A DNA stretch of 64,000 bases from Vulcanimicrobiota bacterium (GTDB taxonomy: Bacteria; Vulcanimicrobiota; Vulcanimicrobiia; Vulcanimicrobiales; Vulcanimicrobiaceae): assembly GCA_963733295.1 (NCBI GenBank), contig CAVTCS010000015.1:1038-65037 (forward strand). Direction: 5' to 3'. The notes beneath the pieces are model-generated. The model worked only from the letters and a program-made list of their open reading frames with translations. It had not been told where the DNA came from and ran no database searches. Positions 44,982 to 52,868 of this stretch are shown here, piece after piece. Positions within the stretch are counted from its first letter, which is position 1, and each line of letters opens with the position of its first letter. The position numbers and the translations under genes were made by a program.

Positions 44982-46313
44982 GTGCCTCTCGTTTGCGTGG
45001 GACTCTCCCACAACACCGCGCCGGTCGACGTCCGCGAACGGCACGCCTTCCCGGCGCATACCATGGGCGAGGCCCTCATCGCACTTCGGGACTACGAGAC
45101 GGTCCGCGAAGCGCTGATGCTGCAAACCTGCGGCCGGCTCGAGATCTACGCCGAAGTCGAAGACTACGAAGAAGGCGTGGGTCAGATCCGCCAGTTCCTC
45201 GCGAACTTCCGCCACGGCGGCGTCGAGGACATGGACTCCTACATGTACACGCTGCTCGGGAGCCAGGCGATCGATCATCTCTTCCGCGTCAGCACGGGGC
45301 TGGACTCGATGCTGATCGGGGAAGCGGAAATACTCCAGCAAGTCAAAGAAGCGTTCATCGTAGGCCAGCGCGCGCGCTCGATCGGCAAGACGCTGCACGC
45401 ACTCTTCCGCGAAGCTCTGAACGCGGGCAAAGCGGCTCGCTCGCGGACCGACATCGGCGGCTTGTCGACCTCGATCGCGACCGCATCGGTGAGCGCCGCC
45501 CAACAGCACGTCGGCGATCTGCGCGGCGCCTCCGTCGTGGTCGTCGGTGCGGGAAAGATGGGTTCGCTCGTCGCGCGCCGCCTGGGGAGCGCCGGCTGCA
45601 GCGACATCGTCGTCCTCAATCGCTCGCAACAGCGCGCGCGCGAGGTCGTCGAACAGCTCGGGATCGGCCGCACGATGGAGTTGCCGGGTCTCGTCGAGGC
45701 GATGAAGTCGGCCGACATCGTCGTGACCTCGACCGGTGCCTCGACCTTCTTGCTCACGACGGAGAACGTCGCCGAAGCGATGCGAGCGCGACCGGAGCGC
45801 CCGCTCTTCATCGTTGATATCGCGGTACCGCGCGACTGCGACCCCGACGTCGCCCTCATCGAAGGCGTGCGCGTCGTCGACGTCGACGGCTTGCGCGGCG
45901 TGGTCGACGTGACGCTCGAGCGCCGGCGCGAAGCGATCCCGCACGTCGAAGCGATCATCGCCGAACGCAGCGAGCGGTTCCAGCAGTGGTATCAAGCGCG
46001 CGTCGCGGTGCCGGTGATTCGTTCGCTCGTGCAACGGGCGGAAGAGGTCCGCAGAAGTGAGCTCGAGCGGCTCTTCGCGCGCTGTCCGGAGTTGAGCGAG
46101 CGCGAGCGAACGCTGATCACCGGGATGTCGCTCACGATCATTTCGAAGCTGCTGCACGGTGCGATCACGAAGATTCGCGACAAGGCGATCGTGGATCGGG
46201 CGGAAGCATTGAGCAACGCGCAGATCCTGACCGAACTCTTCGATTTGCGGGCCGACGTGCTCGACGAGGTCCGTTCGCAGACAAGCCCGAGCCCGGAGCG
46301 CGTGCGCGAGTAG
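44982..46313 (+). CDS. hemA: Glutamyl-tRNA reductase
   Basis: 443 aa. Begins VGLSHNTAPVDVRER, then LQTCGRLEIY (catalytic Cys) and the NADPH motif VVVGAGKMG. Confidence 0.93.
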   Translation: MPLVCVGLSHNTAPVDVRERHAFPAHTMGEALIALRDYETVREALMLQTCGRLEIYAEVEDYEEGVGQIRQFLANFRHGGVEDMDSYMYTLLGSQAIDHLFRVSTGLDSMLIGEAEILQQVKEAFIVGQRARSIGKTLHALFREALNAGKAARSRTDIGGLSTSIATASVSAAQQHVGDLRGASVVVVGAGKMGSLVARRLGSAGCSDIVVLNRSQQRAREVVEQLGIGRTMELPGLVEAMKSADIVVTSTGASTFLLTTENVAEAMRARPERPLFIVDIAVPRDCDPDVALIEGVRVVDVDGLRGVVDVTLERRREAIPHVEAIIAERSERFQQWYQARVAVPVIRSLVQRAEEVRRSELERLFARCPELSERERTLITGMSLTIISKLLHGAITKIRDKAIVDRAEALSNAQILTELFDLRADVLDEVRSQTSPSPERVRE

Positions 46314-46370
46314 GCGTCGCGAATGCATCGCCCGCGCCGGCGTTGAACCTCAGCGTATCGAGGAACTTGG

Positions 46371-46856
46371 ATGAACGCGCAAGTGAAGGGTTTACGGCAC
46401 GCCGCACGGATCGCCGCCGGCGCCGTGGCTTTCGTGCTGCTGGCGGGCACCGCGCCGGCTTTCGCCTCGGTCGAACTGCGCGGCGTCATCGTGAGCGTTT
46501 CGGCCGCGCAAGACGAGGTCGTCGTCCGGCACGACGCGTCCCCTGGGATGCCCGCGATGACGATGAGCTTCCAGGTCGAGCCGAGCGAGAGCATCGCGCA
46601 ACTTCACGCCGGAGATCGTATTACGGCCCGTGCCGACCTGAGCGCGAATCCGGCGCAGCTCGCTGGCATTCGCGTCGTCGGACATGAGGCGGACGGCGCA
46701 GTAGGAATCCCCCGCAATCTCAAAGTTGGCGTCCAGGGCCCGCTGGGAGGCGTAGGGCTGCTCGCGATTGTGCTCGCGATCTTAGCCCTCGTAAGCTGGC
46801 TGATGTACCGTTTCGCGCGCATCCTCTTCAAGGAGGAGCCCGCCGGCAAAGATTGA
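46371..46856 (+). CDS. CusF-like copper-binding periplasmic domain protein with C-terminal TM anchor
   Basis: 161 aa. Signal peptide, then the CusF-type motif VVRHDASPGMPAMTMSFQV, then the C-terminal helix LLAIVLAILALVSWLMY. Confidence 0.6.
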   Translation: MNAQVKGLRHAARIAAGAVAFVLLAGTAPAFASVELRGVIVSVSAAQDEVVVRHDASPGMPAMTMSFQVEPSESIAQLHAGDRITARADLSANPAQLAGIRVVGHEADGAVGIPRNLKVGVQGPLGGVGLLAIVLAILALVSWLMYRFARILFKEEPAGKD

Positions 46857-46879
46857 CCCCCGGTAAAACGAGCGGCCAC

Positions 46880-47045
46880 TTGCAAAATATCCGGCCGGAG
46901 GCTACTCTTGCCGAATCCATTCGCGGGGTGCGGTGTGTTTCTGAGTTACCGGCGCCGCGCTTATCAAAGGCTGGGGTAAGCGCCCGGGCGGTTAGCGAAA
47001 GCCTCAAAGAGGCCGAACGCCTTTTCAGGCGGCTTTAGGTTTGGA
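46880..47045 (+). ncRNA. Candidate molybdenum-cofactor (Moco) riboswitch in the moaA leader
   Basis: The roughly 200-nt non-coding leader directly upstream of moaA has complementary segments (ggaggc 46897..46902 with gcctc 47001..47005) and conserved-looking GAAAGCCUCAAAGAGGCC. A small hairpin and T-rich stretch precede the GGAGG SD. This was not verified against a covariance model. Confidence 0.4.
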
Positions 47046-47057
47046 GGAGCGGAGATC

Positions 47058-48104
47058 TTGGACGTAGTCGAAGCGGTCGATCGCACAAAGGACGCGGCTC
47101 CGGTCGTCGACACGTTTCGCCGTGGCCTGCGCGACCTGCGCATCTCGGTTACCGACCGCTGCAACTTCCGCTGCACGTACTGCATGCCCGAGGACGTCTT
47201 CGGTCCGGACTATCAGTTTTTGCCGCACGCCGAACTTCTGACGTTCGAAGAAATCGTGCGCGTGGCAAAAATCTTTCACGGCCACGGCATCGAAAAGATT
47301 CGCCTTACCGGCGGTGAGCCTCTCTTGCGAAAAGGCCTCGAGACGCTCGTCGGAATGCTTTCGGCCGAATTGCCCGGCGTCGTTCTGACGCTCACCACCA
47401 ACGGCTCGGCGTTGAAAGCCAAAGCCAAGGCTCTCAAGGCTGCCGGCTTGACGCGCATAACGGTGAGCCTGGATTCGCTCGACGACGCGACCTTCAAGCG
47501 CATGAACGCCGTCGACTTCCCCGTCGCCAAAGTGCTCGAAGCGATCGATACGGCCGCGGACGCCGGGCTCGCGCCGGTCAAGGTCAATATGGTGGTCAAA
47601 CGGGGCGTCAACGACGGGCACATCGTCGATATGGCCCGCCACTTCAAGGGCTCCGGAAACATCGTGCGCTTCATCGAGTTCATGGACGTCGGTACGACGA
47701 ACGGTTGGAAAATGGATAGCGTCGTCCCGAGCGCCGAAGTCGTGCGCGCGATCGACGCGGCCTTTCCGTGCGAGCCCGTGCACCCCAATTACTTCGGTGA
47801 AGTCGCCAAGCGCTGGCGTTATAAAGACGGCTCCGGCGAGTTCGGCGTCATCTCGAGCGTCACCGAAGCGTTCTGCGGTTCGTGCACGCGCGCGCGGCTC
47901 TCCAGCGATGGTTCGATGTACACCTGTCTGTTCGGGCGGCACGGGCACGACCTCAAAGCGATGCTGCGCGGCGGCAAGAGCGACGACGAGATTCACGAGG
48001 TCATCGCAGGCATCTGGCGGCGACGCGAAGACCGCTATTCCGAGATCCGCACCGAGGAGACGTCGCGGCTGAGCAAAGTCGAAATGAGCTTTATCGGTGG
48101 ATGA
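47058..48104 (+). CDS. moaA: GTP 3',8-cyclase (molybdenum cofactor biosynthesis protein A)
   Basis: 348 aa. Radical-SAM motif [17 protein letters not shown], a C-terminal Cys cluster (CGSCTRARL) and the ending ...FIGG. Confidence 0.93.
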   Translation: MDVVEAVDRTKDAAPVVDTFRRGLRDLRISVTDRCNFRCTYCMPEDVFGPDYQFLPHAELLTFEEIVRVAKIFHGHGIEKIRLTGGEPLLRKGLETLVGMLSAELPGVVLTLTTNGSALKAKAKALKAAGLTRITVSLDSLDDATFKRMNAVDFPVAKVLEAIDTAADAGLAPVKVNMVVKRGVNDGHIVDMARHFKGSGNIVRFIEFMDVGTTNGWKMDSVVPSAEVVRAIDAAFPCEPVHPNYFGEVAKRWRYKDGSGEFGVISSVTEAFCGSCTRARLSSDGSMYTCLFGRHGHDLKAMLRGGKSDDEIHEVIAGIWRRREDRYSEIRTEETSRLSKVEMSFIGG

Positions 48105-48111
48105 ACGAGCG

Positions 48112-48291
48112 ATGTCGATAGTTCAAGGGTACTGCGTTCCGTGCAAAGCGAACCGCGAGTTGAGCGATACCAAAGAGATCGAACGGAGCGGACTCCCGGC
48201 CGTCGAGGGCAAGTGCGCGGTCTGCGGCAACAGAGTCTTCGCCCTGGGCGTCCGAGCGCAGGCGCCGGCGAACGAAACGACCGACCCTTAG
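48112..48291 (+). CDS. Small zinc-ribbon protein (DUF5679-like)
   Basis: 59 aa from ATG 48112: MSIVQGYCVPCKANRELSDTKEIERSGLPAVEGKCAVCGNRVFALG, with two CxxC pairs. Confidence 0.55.
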   Translation: MSIVQGYCVPCKANRELSDTKEIERSGLPAVEGKCAVCGNRVFALGVRAQAPANETTDP

Positions 48292-48575
48292 CTTTCGCTA
48301 GCCTTCACGTGCTCGAAGGCGGCTCGGACCGCTTCTTTGAGCTGCGCCAAGTGCGTTTCGAGCGGGACGCCGGGGTCATGCAACGACCGCCCGTTTTCCT
48401 CGACCATCGAGGCGAGGTCGTCGAGGTCTTGGGCCGTGATCGCGCCCATCATGACGAGCGGGATAACGCTCGAGATCCCTTCGCGCGCAGCCATTGCTCC
48501 GGGCGGATCGGTTATGACCAGCCAATCGGTGGCAGAGCGCAGCGCTTCCTTCGCTTCGCGTTCGGTCAGCGGCAT
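48288..48575 (-). CDS. Hypothetical protein (95 aa), last gene of the orphan operon
   Basis: Well-composed ORF 4 nt downstream of the preceding gene. No family recognised. Confidence 0.5.
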   Translation of the reverse strand: MPLTEREAKEALRSATDWLVITDPPGAMAAREGISSVIPLVMMGAITAQDLDDLASMVEENGRSLHDPGVPLETHLAQLKEAVRAAFEHVKASES

Positions 48576-48579
48576 GACG

Positions 48580-49038
48580 TCATTCCCCCTCTTGCGGCTC
48601 CGGCGCCTCGGCCGGTGCGGGCACGTGCTGAATCCACATCGGAAAGTATGCCAGCATGTCGTCTTGGTTGGCCATGAATCTGATGACGTACCCGCCTGGG
48701 TACGGCCAGGACAAGCCGTTGAAGCTGATCACGTTCCGTGAAATCGGCTCCTTCGGAGTGAACGTCAGGTCTTTCACCCGCTGCTGCGCGATGAGCTCGC
48801 CCTTCGCGTCTTCAACCACGACGCGGCAATTCGCAATCGTCTGCGCGCTCTCGCTGAAGAAACAGAATATCGCAAACCAGCGCCCCGTCGGCGCCGGAAA
48901 ATCGGCGGCCGCGATCCCGTCCATGACGTTTTGGAACGTAACCGCGCCGCCTGGTTTGCCCTCGATGTTTTCGCAGGCGAACGCCATCTGGGTTCTTAGC
49001 GTGTCCACGTGCCGGAGATACGGGTCCGGGCGGCGCAA
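48580..49038 (-). CDS. Hypothetical protein (135-152 aa), orphan operon
   Basis: Well-composed ORF (MAFACENIEGKPGGAVTFQNVMDGIAAADFPAPTGRWFAIFCFF...). Start is TTG 49038 or ATG about 48987. No family confidently recognised. Confidence 0.5.
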   Translation of the reverse strand: MRRPDPYLRHVDTLRTQMAFACENIEGKPGGAVTFQNVMDGIAAADFPAPTGRWFAIFCFFSESAQTIANCRVVVEDAKGELIAQQRVKDLTFTPKEPISRNVISFNGLSWPYPGGYVIRFMANQDDMLAYFPMWIQHVPAPAEAPEPQEGE

Positions 49039-49053
49039 GCCCTGGGCCGCGCG

Positions 49054-49986
49054 TCACCCGAAGCGCAACAGCGAGTGGATCTCCGGGTAGCCCTCGTCGT
49101 CGGCGATGTCGAAGTGCATCATGGCGCCGTTCCCGGAGCTCCCGTCCGCCTCCGTTTCGAGATCGCACGCGCCCCAGCGAAGACCGTTGTCGCACAAGGC
49201 CGTCGCGATTTCACTTCGCAGGTGCAGAAATCCGCGCGCCGGATTGCGCGTCCGCGAAGCCGCGGCGCTCGAGTCGATCTTTGCGGGAATCCTGACGTGC
49301 TCGTAGTCGCGCAGGATGCGCAGGTACTGCACGCGCGAGTTGTTCGACCAACCCGGATGGCTCGCCCCAAAGTCGCGACTGCTCAGATGTCCTTCGAGTC
49401 GAGCCAGCGCGGCGTTCAAGGGCAGACGCTCCGTCTCGGGGATCGCCGCCAGCAGTTCTTCATCCGAGAGCTCGTCGACGTTCGGGATCGCGACTCGCGA
49501 CACTTCGGACGCCCGAGCATCGACCGCGAAGCTCAAGTACGTTGCCAGAGCGTCGGAAACGGCTTTGAATCGCGTCCATACGGACAGGGTCGTTTCGTTC
49601 GGTTGCCGGCTGCGGACGTCGGCGGCGGCGAGAGACGGCGTCATAAACTGCATCGCCCGGTCGTAGACGGCGAGCGCGGCTCCGCGCGTCCCGATGTGCA
49701 GATTCACCGCCGGGCTAAGGTCGATGGCCGATCCGGCGGAGTGATGACCTGCGTGCGGTCGCCAGCAAACGTGGGGTTCGAAGGCCCCGGCCCACTGGGA
49801 AAACGTTGCGTTCCCCTGTCCGGTCCACGGATCGATGCGCCGCGCAGGCTCCAGCGCATCGTAGATCGCTCGTACGGTGCTGTCGGCGCTTTGCAGTCGC
49901 TCCCGCATCGCCGGATTTACACCGGCCGTCGGGGCGACTCCGCACGCCTGGCCGAGAAACTGCGTGGCGATGAGAAACGAAGGCAT
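49054..49986 (-). CDS. Hypothetical protein with LAS/M15-type zinc-peptidase motifs
   Basis: 310 aa. PHAGHHSAGSAIDL resembles the SxHxxGxAxD motif, and the C-terminal GLRWGACDL...GAMMHFD resembles the WGG...D.MHF motif of VanY/M15 peptidases. About 200 aa separate the two. High third-position GC supports coding. Confidence 0.55.
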   Translation of the reverse strand: MPSFLIATQFLGQACGVAPTAGVNPAMRERLQSADSTVRAIYDALEPARRIDPWTGQGNATFSQWAGAFEPHVCWRPHAGHHSAGSAIDLSPAVNLHIGTRGAALAVYDRAMQFMTPSLAAADVRSRQPNETTLSVWTRFKAVSDALATYLSFAVDARASEVSRVAIPNVDELSDEELLAAIPETERLPLNAALARLEGHLSSRDFGASHPGWSNNSRVQYLRILRDYEHVRIPAKIDSSAAASRTRNPARGFLHLRSEIATALCDNGLRWGACDLETEADGSSGNGAMMHFDIADDEGYPEIHSLLRFG

Positions 49987-50018
49987 AGAGAGTTACTTGC
50001 GCGACGGAGCGATACGGT

Positions 50019-50564
50019 TCATTCCGGCGGTGCGACGATGTCGTCGAGCACGATCGTCGCGGAACCGGCATTCGCCCGCGGTTCAGATTGCGCCCGACGG
50101 TCCTCGGCAACGCGACGGCGATCGCGCGCATCGACTCGCGAGCGCAAGAAGAGCGGACGATCGAGATCCGGCGCCGGGTCCCCATCCGCTTTTTGCATCC
50201 ACCCGATGCGAAAAAGCACGGTGTCCCCCTCGACGCTCGCGGCTCGCGGAAGCGAGGGCTCGGGATAGGGAGGCCCCGGACCTTCCCACGCAAACCAGGC
50301 GGTCATGAACCAGGCGTAATCCGGAACGTTCAGATTCCACTCTACGCCCGGATAGAAGGTGCGGAACATCGGCGAAGCCGCGCGTTCCGCTTCTCGCTTG
50401 TTGAGTTGCATGCGCCAGTTCAAGCGGCCCCATTCGGCTGGATACTTGTCGACGCTCTGAAAAAAGCGCGTCGGCACCGCGCTCTCGAGTTCGACTCCAT
50501 CGATGAGGAGCGCTCCGTCGCCGGGCCAGCGCCAGAAGCCGGGCGGCGCCTGTTCCGGCCGCAT
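50019..50564 (-). CDS. Hypothetical Trp-rich protein (181 aa), orphan operon
   Basis: The C-terminal 181 codons of listed ORF 50019..50885, from ATG 50564, are protein-like (FWRWPGDGALLIDGVELES...YAWFMTAWFAWEGPGPPYPE). The upstream part is Arg-rich and overlaps the Cys-rich micro-ORF. Confidence 0.45.
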   Translation of the reverse strand: MRPEQAPPGFWRWPGDGALLIDGVELESAVPTRFFQSVDKYPAEWGRLNWRMQLNKREAERAASPMFRTFYPGVEWNLNVPDYAWFMTAWFAWEGPGPPYPEPSLPRAASVEGDTVLFRIGWMQKADGDPAPDLDRPLFLRSRVDARDRRRVAEDRRAQSEPRANAGSATIVLDDIVAPPE

Positions 50565-50584
50565 CGAGCAGCGTCCGGGCTTCA

Positions 50585-50758
50585 CTAGGTCCCGAGGGGC
50601 CGGCAGTCGCAGCAGTCTTCGCAGAGGTTGCAGCCCATGTGCAAGGGATCGGCTTTGACGCCGCACTTCGCGCAGATGATCACCTCGTCTACTTGCGCGT
50701 CGGGCTCTCGCGGCGGCGTTCGTTCTTGCGAAGACGAGAAGCGTAAAATATTGTCCAT
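50585..50758 (-). CDS. Unlisted 57-aa Cys-rich micro-protein
   Basis: Codon-by-codon translation gives MDNILRFSSSQERTPPREPDAQVDEVIICAKCGVKADPLHMGCNLCEDCCDCRPLGT (7 Cys in the last 29 residues). GGGGGAG lies 5 nt upstream of the ATG. It sits between two operon genes with 14- and 20-nt gaps. Confidence 0.55.
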   Translation of the reverse strand: MDNILRFSSSQERTPPREPDAQVDEVIICAKCGVKADPLHMGCNLCEDCCDCRPLGT

Positions 50759-50772
50759 TTGCTCTCCCCCGT

Positions 50773-51066
50773 TCAGCGGCGAATGGGTCCGAACCCGAGA
50801 TTGGGGAGGACGTCTTCAACGAACGCCTGCGGTCCCGATGCAACGATGTGCCGCTTGAGTGCCAGCAAGGCTTGCTTGTCGTCAAACGAAACCGGTTCCG
50901 AGTTCAGGATATCTGACCCAAGCATGACGACCGAGTTCGAGTCGCGCCAGACGTGGCCGCAGGCTTCACGCAAGCCCTCCGGCGTGAGGATGCCGTCCGC
51001 AGCCGCAGGGTAGCGGGCGGCCCCTGCCGCCGAACCTTGAGCCTCGCGAGCCTCGTTCCGATCCAT
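50773..51066 (-). CDS. Hypothetical protein (97-105 aa), first gene of the orphan operon
   Basis: Well-composed ORF (MDRNEAREAQGS...DDKQALLALKRHIVASGPQAFVEDVLPNLGF). Start is ATG 51066 or GTG 51090. A 7-bp-stem palindrome (51092..51109) lies just upstream. Confidence 0.45.
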   Translation of the reverse strand: MDRNEAREAQGSAAGAARYPAAADGILTPEGLREACGHVWRDSNSVVMLGSDILNSEPVSFDDKQALLALKRHIVASGPQAFVEDVLPNLGFGPIRR

Positions 51067-51191
51067 CGTCAAGCGGCGTACCACACGCACCGCCGATAAG
51101 CCTATCGGCCTCCGCGATTAGCGGCGCGGGACTTGGCAACGAGACCTCGGCCGAGATAGACTCTCATCCACGGGAAACGGAGTAGGCCGCA

Positions 51192-51344
51192 TTGGTAAGC
51201 ACGATCCTGGTCTTTGTTTTCGCGGGTGCGTGCCTCGCGACGTTCGCTTGCGGCGTCCGCGAGGAATGGAAGAACGCGCGGGTGATATCGGCCTCGGTGG
51301 CCGTTCTTGCTTTCCTGTTGGCGCTTGCATCAACGGTCAAGTAG
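51192..51344 (+). CDS. Possible 50-aa two-helix membrane micro-protein
   Basis: My own translation from TTG 51192 gives LVSTILVFVFAGACLATFACGVREEWKNARVISASVAVLAFLLALASTVK. The SD is weak. It competes with listed antisense ORF 51118..51333, which is Arg/Pro-rich. Confidence 0.2.
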   Translation: MVSTILVFVFAGACLATFACGVREEWKNARVISASVAVLAFLLALASTVK

Positions 51345-51361
51345 CGCTCCGGCTTCGCTCG

Positions 51362-51592
51362 CTATCCTCCCGACAAAATCGTCACAAGTTCCAGATGGCA
51401 GCGCGGGCAAAGTTCGATGACTCCGCGCCGCGTCTGCCGCTGGGCCCAGCGGTGGGCGCGGACGCCCGCTTTAGCCTCGGCGCGGCCGCAATGCAACCGA
51501 GCGCACTGAATCTGTTCGCCCTCGGCGAGGGGCGTGCTCATTCCGAGTGGGACATAGACTCCTACGATTTCCTCATCGCTCAAGCGTTTCAT
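51362..51592 (-). CDS. Small zinc-ribbon-like protein (76 aa)
   Basis: From ATG 51592 (GGTGG 5 nt upstream): MKRLSDEEIVGVYVPLGMSTPLAEGEQIQCARLHCGRAE...VIELCPRCHLELV, with a CxxxxC ... CxxC pattern. Confidence 0.45.
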   Translation of the reverse strand: MKRLSDEEIVGVYVPLGMSTPLAEGEQIQCARLHCGRAEAKAGVRAHRWAQRQTRRGVIELCPRCHLELVTILSGG

Positions 51593-51630
51593 AGACACCA
51601 CCTGTCCGAACGGATAATTGGAGGCAAACA

Positions 51631-51840
51631 ATGGCTGACACCCGCCTAGGTGAGATCGCGCGCAAGCTCGTGCCGCTGCTCAACGAATTCAAAGCGGAGG
51701 CGAGCGACGTGATGGAAGAGGACGGGCGGCGCGATGCGGTCATCTTGAAGGATTACATGATGCGTAAATACCCTCGCATCGTCATCTTCCTTGCGTGCGC
51801 GGATACGCTTGGCGAGTTGGCCGAAAACGCCCCCGGCTGA
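51631..51840 (+). CDS. Hypothetical small protein (69 aa)
   Basis: ATG preceded by GGAGG at 6 nt. Balanced composition. Divergent from the 76-aa gene, with only 38 nt between the two starts. Confidence 0.45.
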   Translation: MADTRLGEIARKLVPLLNEFKAEASDVMEEDGRRDAVILKDYMMRKYPRIVIFLACADTLGELAENAPG

Positions 51841-51859
51841 AGGCTGCCCTTAAGGGCGT

Positions 51860-52114
51860 CTACGGCGGAAAGACGACCGAGTGCGGCGGGACGCGGCGAC
51901 GAACGATGTCGATGGCCTTCCCGCTGTCCGACATCTGCTCTTTGAGCTCGACGAGCGCCGCTTCGACGAGCGCCGCCGTTTTGACGCGGTAGCCGATTGC
52001 CTTGAGGATGACGACGATCTCGTCCAGCGTTTCGACTGAGACCGGGGTCAGCGCCACGGTCGGGGAGCTAGCGGCTTTCCCAGGAGGTCCCGCGGGCGCG
52101 TGATCGTGTGCCAT
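51860..52114 (-). CDS. Small protein with ribbon-helix-helix-like segment (84 aa)
   Basis: AGGAG 5 nt upstream of the ATG. VSVETLDEIVVILKAIGYRVKTAALVEAALVEL resembles a CopG/RHH beta-alpha-alpha unit. This is tentative. Confidence 0.4.
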   Translation of the reverse strand: MAHDHAPAGPPGKAASSPTVALTPVSVETLDEIVVILKAIGYRVKTAALVEAALVELKEQMSDSGKAIDIVRRRVPPHSVVFPP

Positions 52115-52134
52115 TTAAACTCCTAGAACCGCGT

Positions 52135-52404
52135 TCAACGCATCTCCGGATCGCCGTTCGCGCTTATCATATCGCTGTGACTGCCGTTGCTGCGCTGGCG
52201 CTCCTGCTGCTGCCGTTCGAACCGTTCGATGATTATCCGGCGGCGGAGCTCTTCGATCTCACCGCCCGTCAGCGTGCGACGACCGGCGCCGCCGTGGGCC
52301 GCTTCGGAGTGGTCGCAGACTTCGCAGCGCGCCGGATTCGTGCTCCGGTGCGATTCTAGCTCCGTAAACTGCTCGCAAGGACCTAAACTGCTGTCGGGCG
52401 TCAC
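52135..52404 (-). CDS. Small Cys/His-containing protein (89 aa) translationally coupled to bcp
   Basis: The GTG at 52404 overlaps the bcp TGA (GTGA). Sequence is ...GPCEQFTELESHRSTNPARCEVCDHSEAAHGG...EIEELRRRIIIERFERQQQE. The listed ATG at 52458 would overlap bcp by 58 nt. Confidence 0.4.
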   Translation of the reverse strand: MTPDSSLGPCEQFTELESHRSTNPARCEVCDHSEAAHGGAGRRTLTGGEIEELRRRIIIERFERQQQERQRSNGSHSDMISANGDPEMR

Positions 52405-52868
52405 GGGAGAATCTTGAGGACCTCGACGGCGTGGTCCAGTACGGTCACTTTGGGCCAAACGTGAATGAGCTTTCCCATCCGGTCGAAGAGAAAAGTCGAT
52501 CGTTGTATCGCGTTCTTACCGTAGATGTTCTCCGGAACGATGACGCCGAACGCGTCGCACAAGAGCGAGTCCGTGTCGGCTAGAAGCCTGAACGGTATCA
52601 GATACTTTTCTTTGAAGAGGCGATGCGACTCGACCGAATCGCGGCTGACGCCGACGAGTTCGGTTTCCTTGCGCTTGAAGTGTTCGTACTCTTCGCGAAA
52701 CTGCGTCGCTTCTTTGGTGCAGCCCCACGTGTCGTCCTTAGGATAAAAGTACAGCACGAGCTGTCTGCCCAGCAGATCTTGCGTCGAAACCTCGGCTCCG
52801 GTATCGTCGCGCACCGTGATCGAGGGCAGGCTGGCACCTGGTTCAAGCATCTCGCCGAGTTCGCGCAT
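52401..52868 (-). CDS. bcp: Thioredoxin-dependent thiol peroxidase (peroxiredoxin Bcp)
   Basis: 155 aa with LVLYFYPKDDTWGCTKEA (peroxidatic Cys motif). Confidence 0.9.
   Translation of the reverse strand: MRELGEMLEPGASLPSITVRDDTGAEVSTQDLLGRQLVLYFYPKDDTWGCTKEATQFREEYEHFKRKETELVGVSRDSVESHRLFKEKYLIPFRLLADTDSLLCDAFGVIVPENIYGKNAIQRSTFLFDRMGKLIHVWPKVTVLDHAVEVLKILP

Noticed and set aside
51118-51333. 71-aa minus-strand ORF between the 76-aa zinc-ribbon gene and the orphan operon.
   Set aside because: The composition is Arg/Pro-rich (PRPISPARSSIPRGRRKRTSRGTHPRKQRPG) and unlike a folded protein. The opposite-strand two-helix peptide is only slightly better supported, so the region is treated as largely intergenic.
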